From Chiloscyllium plagiosum (Eukaryota), in NCBI RefSeq assembly GCF_004010195.1, contig NC_057756.1, positions 1,887,703 through 1,951,702 on the forward strand: a DNA stretch of 64,000 nucleotides. The letters are read 5' to 3'. The notes beneath the pieces were generated by a model. The model searched no databases. It was given only the letters and a program-made list of their open reading frames with translations, and was not told the origin of the DNA. Every line of letters begins with the position of its first letter. The first letter of the stretch is position 1. A program made the translations under genes and the position numbers. Of this stretch, positions 50,115-64,000 are shown one piece after another.

Positions 50115-52920
50115 GGATATCATAGTGTGATACTGCACAGAATTACACACTTTGTTCCAACAAGTCCCTGCCAAACATAATCCCAAACTAAACTGGTCCC
50201 ACCGGCATGGCCTTGGCTATTATACCTCAAACCTTTCCTGTTGATGTATTTGATCAAAACTCTTTTAAACCTTGCAATTGTGCTCACATCCAACACTTAC
50301 TCAGCAAGTTCATCCCAAATAATTCATAGAGTCATAGAGTCATCGAGATGTACAGCATGGAAACAGACCCTTTGGTCCAACCCGTCCATGTCAATCAGAT
50401 ATCCCAACCCAATCTAGTCCCACCTGCCAGCACCCGGCCTATATCCCTCCAAACCTTTCCTATTCATACACCCATCCAAATGCCTCTTAAATGTTGCAAT
50501 TGTAACAGTCTCCACCACATCATCTGGCAGCTCAGTCCATTCACGTACCACCCTCTTTCATGAAAAAGTTGCCCCTTAGGTGTCTTTTATATCTTTCCCC
50601 TCTCACCCTAAACCTATGCCCTCTACTTCTGGATTCCACGACCCCAAGGAAAAGACTTTGTCTATCTATCCTATCCATGCCCCACATAATTTTGTAAACC
50701 TCAATAAGTTCACCTCTAAGCCTCCAACCCTCCAGGGAAAACAGCCGCAGACTGTTCAGCCTCTCCCTGTAGCTCAGATTCTCAAACCCTGGCAACATCC
50801 TTGAATTTTTTTCTGAACCATTTCAAGTTTCACAACATCTTTCCGATAGGAAGGAGTCCAGAATTGCATGCAAAATTCCAACATTAGCCTAACAAATGTC
50901 CTCTACAGTCGCAACATGACCTCCCAACTACTGTACTCAATACTCTGACCAATAAAGATAAGTATACCAAACGCCTTCTTCATGATCGTATCTACCTGCG
51001 ACTCCACATTCAAGCAGCTATGAACCTGTAGTCCAAGGTCACTTTGTTCAGCAACACTCCCTCGGAACTTACCATTAAGTGTACTTAACGTTGCTAATCA
51101 GTCTTCCATGTGGAACCTTGTCGAACGCCTTACTGAAGTCCATATAGATCACATCTACTGCTCTGCCCTCATCAATCGTCTTTGTTACTTTTTCAAAAAA
51201 CACAATCAAGTTTGTGAGACATGATTTCCCATGCACAAAGCCATGTTGACTATTCCGAATCAGTCCTTGCCTTTCCAGATACATGTACATCCTGTCCCTC
51301 AGGATTCCCTACAACAACTTGTCCACCACCGAGGTCAGGCTCACCGGTCTATAGTTCCCTGACTTGTCTTTACCGCTCTTCTTAACCAGTGGCACCACTT
51401 TTGCCAATCTCCAGTCTTCTGGCACCTCACCTGTCACTATTGACGATACAAATATCTCAGCAAGAGGCCCAGCAATCAGTTCTCTAGCTTCCCATAGCGA
51501 TCTCCGGTACACCTGATCAGGTCCTGGGGATTTATCCACTTTTAACCATTTCAAGGCATCTTGCACTTCCTCCTCTGTAATCTAGACATTTTACAAGATG
51601 TCACCATCTATTTACCTACAGTCTATATCTTCCATATCCTTTTCCACATTAAATACTGATGCAAAATATTCATTTAGTATCTGCCCCATTTTATGTAGCT
51701 CCACACAAATGCCGCCTTGCTGATCTTTGAGGGACCCTATTCTCGCCCTAGTTACCCTCTTGTACTTCATATATTTGTAAAAACCCTTTGGATTCTCCTT
51801 AATTCTATTTGAAAAAGCTATCTCATGTCCCCGTTTTTCCCTCCTGATTTCCCTCTTAAGTATACTCCTACTTTCTTTATACTCTTCTAAGGATTCACTC
51901 GATCTATCCTGTCTATACCTGACATATGCTTCTATATGTTTTCTCCTTTTTCTTAATCAAACGCTCAATTTCTTTAGTCATCCAGCGTTTCCTATACCAA
52001 CCAGCCTGACAGAAATATACTTTCTCTGGATTCTTGTTATCTAATTTCTGAAGGCTTTCCATTTTCCAGCCGTCCCTTTACCTGCGAACATCTGCCTCCA
52101 ATCAGCTTTCGAAAGTTCTTGCCTAATACCGTCAAAATTGGCCTTTCTCCAATTTAGAACTTTAACTTTTAGATCTGATCTATCCTTTTCAATTACTATT
52201 TTAAAACGAATAGAACTATGGTCGCTGGCCCCAAAGTACGCCCCCACTGACACCTCAGTCACCTGCCCTGCCTTATTTCCCAAGAGTAGGTCAAGTTTTA
52301 CACCTTCACTAGTAGTTACATCCACATACTAAATCAGAAAATTGTCTGGTACGCACTTAAGAAATTCCTCTCCATCTACACCTGTAACACTATGACAGAG
52401 ACCATCTTCGTAAAAAAAGCCTTATGTCTCTTTGAAATCTTTCTCTTACCACCTTAAGAATGTGCCTCCTAGTGGTGAAACGCACCATCTTAACGAGAAA
52501 AACCTGTGAAACCCCACCTAAATCTCTCATTATTTTGCAAACTTCTAAAAGCTTGTCTTCAACGTCTTATGTTCCAATGAAAAACGTCCCAGCACATCCA
52601 GCCTTTCTTTACATCTCAAACATTCCATATCTTGCACATCCTACTTAATATTTTATGAATTTTCTCCAGCTTCATAATACCCCTTCTCCTACTGGGCGAC
52701 CAGAAATGGACAGAGAATTCCAGGCAAAACTTGAAAAAAAATCCTGTACAACCTCAAAGTTACTTACAAACTTTTGAACGCAAAGCAGTGAGCAAAGAAG
52801 GCAAGCATGCCAAACTCTTTTTTTTTAAACACCATGCCTACATGTAACAAAAACATCAAATAATTATGTACCTGCAGCCCAAGCTTCCCCTCTTCGATAA
52901 CACAGAGCAAGGCCTCTGCA
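50115..52920 (-). mobile_element. Older CR1 3' fragment (50115-50323 and ~52400-52920) split by a younger CR1
   Basis: The two flanks follow on from each other in CR1 order when compared with 50350-51060. Confidence 0.7.
50324..52398 (-). mobile_element. CR1 LINE (late endonuclease region to tail) with internal deletion
   Basis: LDLLLGN..GASDH (EN), KSPGPD, NYRPVSLTS, QHGF, DFSKAFDKVPH, C-terminus; tail TCATAGAGTCATAGAGTCATCGAG. Confidence 0.95.
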
Positions 52921-53011
52921 TGATCTTAGATAGCGACACGATGGTGTGGTGTATAAGGATGTTTACAACGTATTTTTTATATCAGCACTTAAACGACTGC
53001 CATGTGAATAC

Positions 53012-53264
53012 AATACTTGCACAGTGCGAGTATCCCCACCTCTGAACCAAGGCATCTGCGTTCAAGTCACATCTGTTCAAAGATGTGTAATAACTTCACT
53101 GAACAGACTGATTGGAAAAAAAAGTAAAACAAAATAGGAATGGATACATAAAGGTTCTTGTCGTGCAGTGTAGGTATCCCTACATTGTATCCTAGCTACA
53201 GGAATCAGCGGCTCCAGCAGAACGTAATAACATTTATGAACAGGTTGATCGCAGAAAATATATC
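53012..53264 (+). mobile_element. Two adjacent degenerate short tRNA-type SINE-like units
   Basis: Both units read CTTG..CAGTG..GTATCCC.AC...GTAATAAC.T...TGAACAG..TGAT...GAAAA; B-box-like GCGTTCAAGTCAC in the first. Confidence 0.5.
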
Positions 53265-54215
53265 AGGAGGGAATATGTGAAAATGGATTGAGAACATGTT
53301 AACGAGTATAAAATTTAGCAGAGGACAGCATGCATCGTTTTAATCTTAAAATGTTGTAAATTATTGGTGATCACGAAGTTAGATGCCTATGTCATAACTA
53401 TACAAAATTTATATCAAAGATTCCTAAACCGGGATTGAGGTTTTAATTTCCAATTTTCCAATCAATACAATAATTATTGGAGAAGAGTTGTGAGGATGAT
53501 AAAAATAGACTTGAAGGAGATGTGGTTGTTAAGTGATTGGATAATACTGGTCTACTGTTTTAATTGTGATATCAATCTAAAAAGACCAAATAAAATGTTT
53601 AGTGATAAACAGCCAGTGACTGGGATGAATTCAGATGCATGTTAGACGCAATGCATAGATGTTCAGGTTAGCAGTCAAAGAAAAAGTGAAATGGCAGGTT
53701 GGATTTTATTGCAAAACCATTGGAAAGTTCGAGTGAAATAAAAACATGCATGTTATGCATCGCCAAGACAGTAGAAAGGTTGCTCAGCGCCGTTTTGGCC
53801 TCCTTTTCTGTGGAACGTACAACATAGGTAACTGAAGAGAAACGGGAAATGGTCAGTCAAGATTGTGAGGGTATCATTGTTCAGTGCGAAGATTTAAAAT
53901 TGCTCGAGTGCAGGTTTTTGGTACATTAGAGGGAGTAAAAGTATTCATATTTGATGACGTAACATTCTTAAATGGGTCTATGGGGTTGATGCACGCAGAA
54001 TGCCTCCATTGGCTGGCGTGAGCAACCAATAGATACAGATAGGCGATTTAATAGGCGACTATTTATTCCTGAGATATTAAGGAATTTCTGCACGTTGATA
54101 CAGTTGATTTTTTTTGAAGTTCTATCACTCACAGGGTTGCAGAGGCTCAATACTTGAATATCTTCAAAATTTGCATTGATGTGTTTCTGCATATTCAAGC
54201 AACAAGAGCACAACT
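53265..54215 (+). mobile_element. Very degenerate CR1 3' half
   Basis: AATGGATTGAGAAC (WIEN), AGACTTGAAGGAGAT (RL.GD), GCAGGTTGGATTTTATTGCAA; collinear with 30930-31700. Confidence 0.55.
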
Positions 54216-57200
54216 GCCATGTAGAATTTTTATTTAAGAAGTTGAACGAGGAAACTGAATCGAAAGTCTGACTAACCTGAACGTTTTTTTTTTGCTACAC
54301 ATCGTACCAATAGCTAGACGTTCTTCAGAGAAAAATAAAGTAGTTGCATGCTATTGCAATGAAATGGCCACCTTGAAAATATTCATGCATGAGTATAAAC
54401 GTCACAGTTGATGTAAACTATCAGTTGTTCGCTGTCTGCAATTTTATGTTGCCATACTTTTACTTAAAGGCGTGTGTGACTTTGCTTTCTGTCTCGATCA
54501 GATTGTCTGTTCATTATACTAATCATTGGGCACGCAGAATGAATGGCTAATGCTTGCTATAATTAAAACAAAATTTTGCTCCTTAGTTCAATTTACTACT
54601 TTCAATGAATGTGTTATTGGTCGTTGGCCACTCATGAATGTTGCTCACCCCCATTCAATATTAAATTTACAAGCCTTCAAGGAAACAACATGTAAGTGGA
54701 GGCGATATAATCCTTCATATGTCTGAATACAGGAAACTTGATATATCTGTGACTGTCCTATAAAGATGATGCATATCACTGCAAATGGTAGATTAAGCCA
54801 ATGCAGCCATTTTTATATGCTAAATATGTCGAGAATTTTGGAAACTTCAGCAGCTATCCTCATGAAAAGATCATCAATGATTATAACGATAATCAGTTCA
54901 TGCATATCATCACATTTGACAGTGATATCATATGAACTTGATTTTGCAAAAGCAAACATCACATACGGTACCATTAATTTGAATGTCTCGAGAAGTCTTT
55001 GGTACTATGACTCGCGTAGAAATAGCACATCAGGGCACAAGTTTCAATTGAGGTAATATGAAAAGTTTGTGTATTTTAATTGCAGTGTATTTTTTAAAAA
55101 TTCGAATATGAAATGAAAAATAACAGGTTTAAAGGATTGGCGCACTGTTTAATAAGCATGCAAACTGATATCCAATGCAATGATCGTGCAACAACTACTT
55201 GCATAAGATGTGATTGCATTGTGGAAGGCAAAGGATTTGCCACTGATTGGTTGCCCTGCAGACGCTTTTGGGCTTCAATGAAAGGTTGATGGTTTTATGG
55301 ACGAGAAATCAATTATTTCAGATTGCTATTTTCCGTTCGGCCTGGTGGACAAACATGCATACTTTATTATTATATTTGCAAAGCTTAAGCAGAAGTTATG
55401 CCAGAGACAAAGTTAAAAAAAAATGAAGCAAAGGATGCAGCATGCATTCATTACGCCATCAACTTATGAGGCACCCTGAAACATTCGCTGTTCAGAATCG
55501 CTTCCACCATGATATTGAAAGTTAAGATAGAAATGTTGACTTTCATTGAACTTCCGTTCGAAACTTGGGCAGCAGCAGCAAGCATGTGGTCGAACAAAAT
55601 CATGGGCCAGACAACTAATGATATCTATTTCCAAATCTGTCATTTGATCGATTTAATTTATTCAGTATATTTAAAAATCAGATTGTAAGCAGCGTTTTGC
55701 TTTTGCAGCAATTTGTTTCCATTTCTTTCACAATACTTTATTTTATAAGTGAACAGGAGGTAGGCATTAATACAACATTCAAGTTCTGATGTTTCTTTAG
55801 GTCGAGTTTCCCTAGTGAACCAAATGACTCGTTCATCTTGGAAGAGACCGTTCAAGACTCATGCAGAACGTAATTGGTCTCTTGTCACACGTCAATCAGT
55901 ATATCAAAGAACTGCAGATAGTTAAGAAAAAACCGAATATCTTCATACTTTTCATACTTTATATTATTTTATGATCTTTTTTCCGCCATACTAATCAATT
56001 TCAGATTAATGAATTAAATTTAGACTCAACCAGCTTCTGTGACTATGAGGAGTCCATGCTTTAATACCATTGCACTAGTACTCTCTATTACCCAGTTAGT
56101 TTTATTCCCACATTGTCTGTACTTGTACCAATATAATCTTATTTATCAGTTCAATCTCAGAGATATTTGTGCGTTTCCTGATTAATCTATCTGCATCTCC
56201 ACAACTGCTAAATCCAAAAGGATACATTTAGATTTAAAATTTTTTTTTCATATATGCTGACATTTTTAAGTGTAACCACACCACAATGTAAAACAATGTA
56301 TGATTTACCGTAGAACTGTTATAAAGAATTTTTAAAAAGTACTTGTTTTTGACTTTCGTCTCTATTACGTTCCGGTATGAGTACTGATCGCGAAGCTGTG
56401 TTAATTTTACGCATCCTACGACTGTCACAAAGTAGAATTACATGAAGCGGTAATGGGCAATTGTTATATTTCGTTCCTGCCATAATTTTCCAATCGTGCA
56501 AGGTTTTCAAAGATGTCTTTTCGTGATGTGGCTAGTCATCCATTTGAAGCATGAAGCAATAGTCCTTCAAAATTGTTCTCACTTTATCTATACGTCGTGA
56601 ATAGATGACATGTTGGTGAGAGTTGAATAGCTATTTCGATGATGAGTCCCCAAATCTTCAGGAACACAATGACCAAACTGATGGAGATTAAAACGATCAT
56701 TTGCGCAGACCTCTATTCACCAAACAGTGGTGTGTTCACAGGTATGTCCCGCATCCTTTTCTTTAATCCATACCTAGGATTCAAAAGTTCATTGTAGTTA
56801 ATTGTGTCTTGTATAAGCTCTCGATATTGCATGTCCAAGATTGCATGCAATGTGTTTTGATTTGGACTATATATTGGAATTAGGCCAATGATATATTTTG
56901 ACAGAATACTTTGAAATTATCCCCTATTCTATTTTGAACAACTATTAAAAATGTATTTAAAGACATGTCTGTATCAGTATCTTCTGGTTGGGTTCTGAAA
57001 GCATCTATTTCATTATAAAATTTCGCTACAGCATATGGACTCAATGAAAGAAATTCTCAAGGCAAAATATAGGAAGCATGTTTTTAATTCCCTTGTCCAG
57101 TTCATTATATAGGGCTACTAGATTGTTTCACTTAGATTCGGGTACTGTCCAAATAACCTGAAGGCAATTGTCTTGTCATGTAACATGTAACATGAAACAT

Positions 57201-60200
57201 CTCACTCAATTCGATCTAAAAACATATCTATACCACTTGATTGCTTGTGAGTTTGTACTATTGAAAGTTGTAAATTTGAAATACTCACATAATTTAACAG
57301 AAGTCAACAAAAAAAATCACCCTTAATTAAATGAGATGCCCACTATTCCCGATTTGTGGCCTATTCTGCATCCGTGTATGCCAATAACAGCATGCACAAA
57401 ACAACTTTTTTTTCTTGTGAAGTAATCAATTAGTTCCTTTGACTTTTTTCACATTTCTTTTGTAGTTTGAGTGTTATTTGCTCTGTCTGATATTCGAGGA
57501 GATTTGGAATCTTTTAATTTATTGTTCTTCATGAACTTGGTGCACGTTTCATTAATTTAAAACAGAAATTCAGTACAGAGACAGTAATTAGTTAGTAACG
57601 ACTAATTATGATTCACGGGGACCTTTTTCTTCTAGAATATGTTATCTTCATTTCGGAATTATCTGCTCATTCTTTTGGACAACAGCAATTCGAAACCATT
57701 GAATACACGTCAGAAGAAGGAGAGAAAAAACTATTATCTTACTTGGGCGTGGAGGGCGAAAGGTAAGCTTAGTTATTTGCATGGTCGATTGAGATACAAA
57801 TTGAAAAGCTTCAGGAAATGTCATAATTATCCATTTAAGAATGCGACAATCTTTATTTTAAGAATGGTCTCTTAGGTCCTGAGTCTTCGATGTTTCATAA
57901 GCCTTATGCATAACGGCAATTATATTTCCTACAGTCATTTCGCTTTCAAGACAAGTCAACTCTGCTCCCGGTAAATTTGATTCAATAATAGAATGCTCCC
58001 GTTTTTCATTTGTTCTGACACAACCAAAGGAGAGAGAAAAAAAGACTGCTGTTCAGGAGATTTAATTAACGTGAAAGGAATACACTGTATTTTCTTCTCA
58101 ATGGAATCAGACTTATTTGGTTCCTCCAGCGATTTGCCTTTCTTTTAATATGCCTCTGCTAGTCCTTGCAATCAACCGTTTTTGCTTTGACTGCTGATAA
58201 TCGTTTTAAAAACAATGAGAGAGACGAATTGTTAGGTTACAATACTATCGAATGCCATATTGTTTATTGAAATTAAGATTCTGTGACCGATAGACTATTA
58301 TTCAGAACAAGTTTGATAAAACGGGTAAGCTAAATTTTCAGCAGTATAATATTCAAGAGCCAGTGCAAAAAAAAATGGCTTGGGTAGCTTAAAAAAGTTG
58401 TTGTTTGTTTAAAAAATAGTATAATAAATTAAACGTTTTAAGTGTGCGCATCCGCCTTGTACTTCACGTCCCTTAAACCTATAGCTTTATTATATTTTAA
58501 TGGTAGTGTACACATTTCAACCTGAGTTTTCTGCCTTTGTTTATAGATTTGAATATGCTTTGATTTAAAGTCTGTAGTGCAGAATAGAGTGATCGACATA
58601 CATTTATATGACTTTGTTTGATTTTTTTTCCACGACATTTTACTTTGCAGACAAGACCTTCATATGCAATTACTGCTTATCAGAATTCAGGATGAATTTG
58701 TTGCAATTCTTTCTGAAGTGTCGCAGTCCAAAAGGTAGGCAAGCAGGTATCCTGTCATGTTCAGGATTTTAATTTCCAGCCCAAACACAAACAGAAACAC
58801 ATGAAGCAAATTAGATACAGAAGAAGAACAATTCTCAAATGTCATATTTTCAAGTGACCTTTACAGGTTGTACAGAACACATGAATTGATTAAATGTATT
58901 GAATTATCAATTAAATATTTGTGCCACATCAGCAAATTAAGAACATTTCAGCAAAATAATTTGGCTTGTTTTCGAAGTCGAAGCATTCTCCTGAAATACT
59001 TGCTCGTGTATTGTAACATTAAGAACATTGGGTTTTCCACAGATTTAATAAGTTACGATATCCTAAACGTGATATAGTTCCCCACCTGGAAGCTAAGAAT
59101 TAACACAGAAAGTGTTGAAGAAACTTAGAATGTCTGAAATCATCTGTGGAGATACTTAAGGTTTCGAATTAAATTTGTATTTTCTTGCGAGACTTCTTGG
59201 GTCTCTTCAATGATTTCCTATTATTTAGTTCCAATCTCTACTATGTGCGCATGTTTGGAACTATCTGGGAATTAAAAGATCCGGGAGCAAAAAATGAAAT
59301 TGGCAATTGGTATATTTCACTTGACCACCTACTGTTCACTGGGCAATTCCAAGAATTCCATCGTTTGGAAAGTGCTGTGAAAAATGGAATGGATTCATTT
59401 TGCAGTGTATTTTAGATCGGAAATATAATAGCCATTGTATGCCAACAGTGGAAGGAGTGAACTTATGAAAATAAAATTATGTGCCAATTGAGTAATGAAT
59501 TTGGTTTTCACCGATATTGGTTTTGGTTTACCGAAACATTTTCAGGCCTCAGGACCTTTATTGAAATGAGCAAACAAATTGTCGATTGTGTTAAGGAAAT
59601 GAGAAGTCAATCAGACACGGCTGACTCTAACAATTCTGTTCTACACTACTTAATAAAGAAAATAACTGATTCCATTAAGTTTGTAATCATTATCAATTGC
59701 TATCCCACACGAGGTTGCTAATGGTAGATAGGTCACCGATTCTGATCATAAAACGTATTGCTTGTGACCATATGATTCCTTGGTCGGTATGGCTATTTCC
59801 TTATATCTGAATAGCTTTACAATTTTGTAATAAATGTGAAAACAAAGCTGGGTAATTTCACTCTCTAATCAAACACTGGTGCAGTGTACAATCGTACAAA
59901 AACGTTTCCTCTGCCAGAATACGGCAAAAAAGATCTGTAACTTTTATACAGGGTGCATTTTTAGCTCTTTCTTGATCAATTCAGATCAATTGAATATTAT
60001 ACCTCAGCATTCGTAATTCAGGTAGATTATTTCATACTGAAAATGAGTTGAAAGTGGAAGGGGAGGAGTGGAGGTTGCCTTACTTTGTGTCCTATGACAA
60101 TCCCTTCACCCAGGATTGATATTATTTGATTATTATACTTGTGGACACTATAATAATTCTTTGTTATTCAACTCATAATTTCCTATTATTTTAATCATTG

Positions 60201-63200
60201 GCTTGGATTTTGAAAGTGGGGCGAGGAGTTGAATTCATCTGAACAAACTTCCATGCTCGAAACACAATATTTTTGATATAAAAAGTGGTGGTAAAAATGC
60301 TGTTTTCGAATTTTGTTTAGAAATTTTCAACCAGATCATTTACAATGCGGTAAATAGAATATTTAGGATGTAAAATGTCAACTAATGTGAACCATTTATC
60401 ATTATCATACCTCAGTTGCATTAATATAATCTCTTTTACTCCCGAATGTGGGGAGTCTATGATTAACAGAGTCGAAGTATGCATTCCTTTTGCAGAATGT
60501 ATCATTTCAAACGAACGTTCCGTGTCATTCTGATCAAAAGCTGCATGGCATGATGATAATTGCTGATCTTAGATATGCTAACATTCAAGCATGAGCATAC
60601 CGTCAAGCTGACTCTACTGAAAACTAACATTACTCAATATTAATTGTCGTGTAAAAACCTAAATACAGCCGAATCATAGCTTTTGACAGAAATTGTATAC
60701 GTTTGACAACACTTGGGTATTTTGTAATTTATGCCATAGGCTCAATTAACTAGGCCATCCATAATTGAAATAACAATGTCAAGAACATGCAAGTATACGG
60801 AATATGTTGAAATATTTCAGTGTCAATCACGGAGGATATATAGCTTTTTGATAGGTTTGAACTTAATTTATCTTGTTTTCGGTATTTATTCTCGGTAACT
60901 ATTTCTGATCATCAAAAAGTTAAGGCATTTGGCTCCTGGATTGAAATCAAATGATTTTGAATAAGGCATTACATGGGAAACTGCATCTATAAAACTTCAC
61001 TGAGTCCAAGCACATTACGATGTGAGGTCAAAACGTGCAAAGGCGTAAAATTAATTAGCTAATGGGAAGGTGTGCCCTAAGTTTACCATATACATTTCTC
61101 AGTGCTTCAGCAGCTTTAAAAATACCCAGGCTATTAGGGACAACAAATGTTCATAGATAAAACTTCAACAGCCTGAGGGAACACCCTTGTACATTTCAGA
61201 TGCCTTTTTGACCGATTACGTCACTGATTAACTGTAATAATGTTAATGACGCCCTACCCTTCTCATGAGTTATCAACTTGGCTGGTTGCGAAGTTTAATT
61301 TTGGGCAATAGGCCTGTATGATTTTCAATCAATACGGCTAACAAAACTTTGTTATAACGTACCAATGTTAAATTGTGCAATGTTGAATTGTAAACTTCAT
61401 TTTTGTACTTTATACTATGGATTTAACATTGTATTTTTAAGTATATGTCCTCAGATTGTCTGCTTTTGTGCCTGCAATTTTGTATCTAGGTAATGTTGTA
61501 TCAAAAAAGACATCGGAAATGTTGAAATTACAGACTATTCACTGTTTCCCTGCAATTTAGTGCAGTTAAGATTAAAATCAAAAGTTAGTTCTAATTTTAT
61601 GATTTTTCAATGTTTTTTGAAACATTTCTGTCTGGATGACGAATATACCCTACGTCCTTAATATACAATGTAACCTTGATGAATATTACCTCTCCTCGGA
61701 ACAAAAATGCAGTATTAAACCAGATTTAATTTCGGTGATAACGTGCAAAATTTGTTTTCTTTTTACCTGTATTTTGCTGACGTGTGTTAATGCCTAAAGA
61801 TAAAGGTAAAACATGATGTAGTTGAGAACTACTTTGAATGAAGAAGCACTCTAAATAAAACTGCACCAAAGAAGCAAAACAGTGTTCAATATCTGATTAT
61901 GGCAATGCATTGCGGATGTAGAGAACTTTTACTTTATTAAATGTATTTTAATTCTCTTTGCAACATCTTCACTCCTCTCACCTTGAATAATTCAACTTTG
62001 ATTTGTGTAATTCTGTGTCTCGCTTTTCTATATATATTACAGAGGTGACGTTATTGGCAATTTTTAATGCCTGCCAGTCAGAGGGAATCGCTTGTAAATA
62101 CTCCAACAGTTCCTGTTGTAAGAACTTTGGGACTTCCTGCTGGGTTTGTTTTCATCTCTGTTGGACTTACACGGTTACTCTACGATTTGCTTTTGAAATG
62201 TCCCAGTGTTCTAACGTTAGTTGAAATGTGTCCTTTATTGTGCCCTTTGCACTTCAAATTTTGACACGACTTCAACGTCTTTAGAAATGTTACAGTGTTA
62301 CCATTCTCCTTCTTCACGAATCCAGTCATCTTACTCAATGAAATATTATTTAATGTTTCCATTGTCGTCAATGTGAGAAAACAAGTAAACATACCATATG
62401 AAAACATATATATCCACGCATTTAAGGAGCATAATGTATAAGTAATGCCCCCTTCCTCTACAAGCTTATTTTAATGCTTGAGAAATGTTCGTCATGAAAT
62501 CAAGTGAATTTCAGTGTTCTGGAAGTGAATAAAACAGATGTTGAGAATAATGGATGATAAATCTACAGCTACAAATATAGATTGCTATTTGATTGAGAAA
62601 GCATTCAAAGAGATATTTGTCGGAATAAAGCTGCTAACATAAAATGTAAAATTTCATGAGCAACATAAAAAAAAAGATATTAACTGCTGATTGCTGTTAT
62701 CTAATGTTGCGTCTATATTATGCCATATGTGGAAACTTTTATATTCTATGTATGTATTTCAGAGAAAGAAGTATGGACTTGCGTTGTGTGCCTGTTTACT
62801 GGATGATGAAGGCTATAATAGTGATTTGACCTATTATGTTGATGTTTACCACTGAGTTTGGAAAATTGGCAGGAATCTGTTCTACTTACATAGGATGATA
62901 GAATTGTTCCAAAATGAAGACAAAGTATGCTTGATTCACCGATGCAGTTGGGTTTTGAATTTTACACATTGTCGTAGGATACTTTCGAGATACCATATAA
63001 TGAGTATCAGGCACATAAAGGTTCATGGATTTTTAAAGAAATCTTCCCGTGTCTCGATGAATATTTGCCTACTCTTAAATGAGAAGAATACCAATAGACT
63101 TCATTCAAAGAGCGGTGCCAAGAGTCCTTCTTTAAAAAATAATGAAAGAATCAAAACATCGACCAGCACTGATGCACCAGCTAAATTCTAAAGAACTTTT

Positions 63201-64000
63201 ATCAGAACTAGTCATCTTCTTGTGTTTATGTGCTACTGTTATTTTTAGCAAATGATTTGAAATATCAGCGGCAACAACTTTTGATTACTTAGTAACCAAA
63301 TAAACAATTATTCGGAAAGAATGCAGAAAATATAAGGATGCTTATCAGGAGTATGAACATAAAAGCAGCAGATCTGTTTGCTGATGCAGGTGAAACAATT
63401 GCACTCATGTACATAATCATATTCATGTCCTCCCAATTATCCCTGTCTGGAAGATTCAATGTCAACATTGTTTCAAGTTTCAGTTATAATCCCTCACGAT
63501 AGTAATTGAATGAAAAATATAATACAATGCTGACTGATGAAACTAAAATTGAATCACTACAGTATTTAAAACGATATGTCTCAATTTGTGGTCATACATT
63601 TTAATTTGTCCATCATGTTTTGTTTATAATCTTTTAATTTATTTCACGTGTCATGCTTCTGTCTACTTTATCAGAGCCTTATTTTCTATGAATTGGTCAT
63701 ATCAATCAAACAACCTGTCAGCAACAAAAAAAATGTTTGATAACATTTTTAGAGGTGTCATTACGAAGCACACAGAAGACTGGAAATGTTACGAAATCGC
63801 GTAGTGAACTAAAGAAGAATAGTTGTAGCATGCCTAGCGACAAATATAGCATCCTAACAAGTAAAGACAAATGATGGGCATGCAGCAATGGAGAGTGCAT
63901 GGAACGCAAGAGCAAAAACAAGAAACAAGAAGATAGTGGGCACAGCAATGGCGAGAAAAATATTAGAAAGGGAAAATACTATTGCAATCAGCCAGGTATG

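Noticed and set aside
1..64000. CRISPR arrays, operons, rRNA, tRNA or snRNA genes
   Set aside because: None seen; the sequence is vertebrate repeat-rich DNA and the periodic repeats are microsatellites or retroelement tails

Overview
This is eukaryotic, AT-rich, repeat-dense genomic DNA, not prokaryotic, and I cannot support any intact host gene. The repeat families (HE1-type V-SINE, CR1 LINEs with (ACTCTATG)n tails) point to a cartilaginous fish, probably a shark (inference). Recognisable content: many 5'-truncated and nested CR1-type LINEs; two Penelope-like element (PLE) insertions with inverted architecture and RT/GIY-YIG remnants; dispersed PLE termini, several with minimal hammerhead-ribozyme cores (best at 29180-29207 + and 26953-26980 -); two decayed Gypsy LTR loci with the Gmr1-type order gag-PR-IN-RT-RH (17077-23235 and 41608-45784, both -) plus a probable solo LTR; SINEs; microsatellites; one 16-N gap. 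Most ORFs in the track are repeat fragments or chance ORFs. The most interesting signals are the hammerhead-bearing PLE termini and the Gmr1 loci; both are known classes, not a new system. A few splice-bounded segments are listed as weak candidates. Boundaries were set by eye and are approximate, especially for old repeats.
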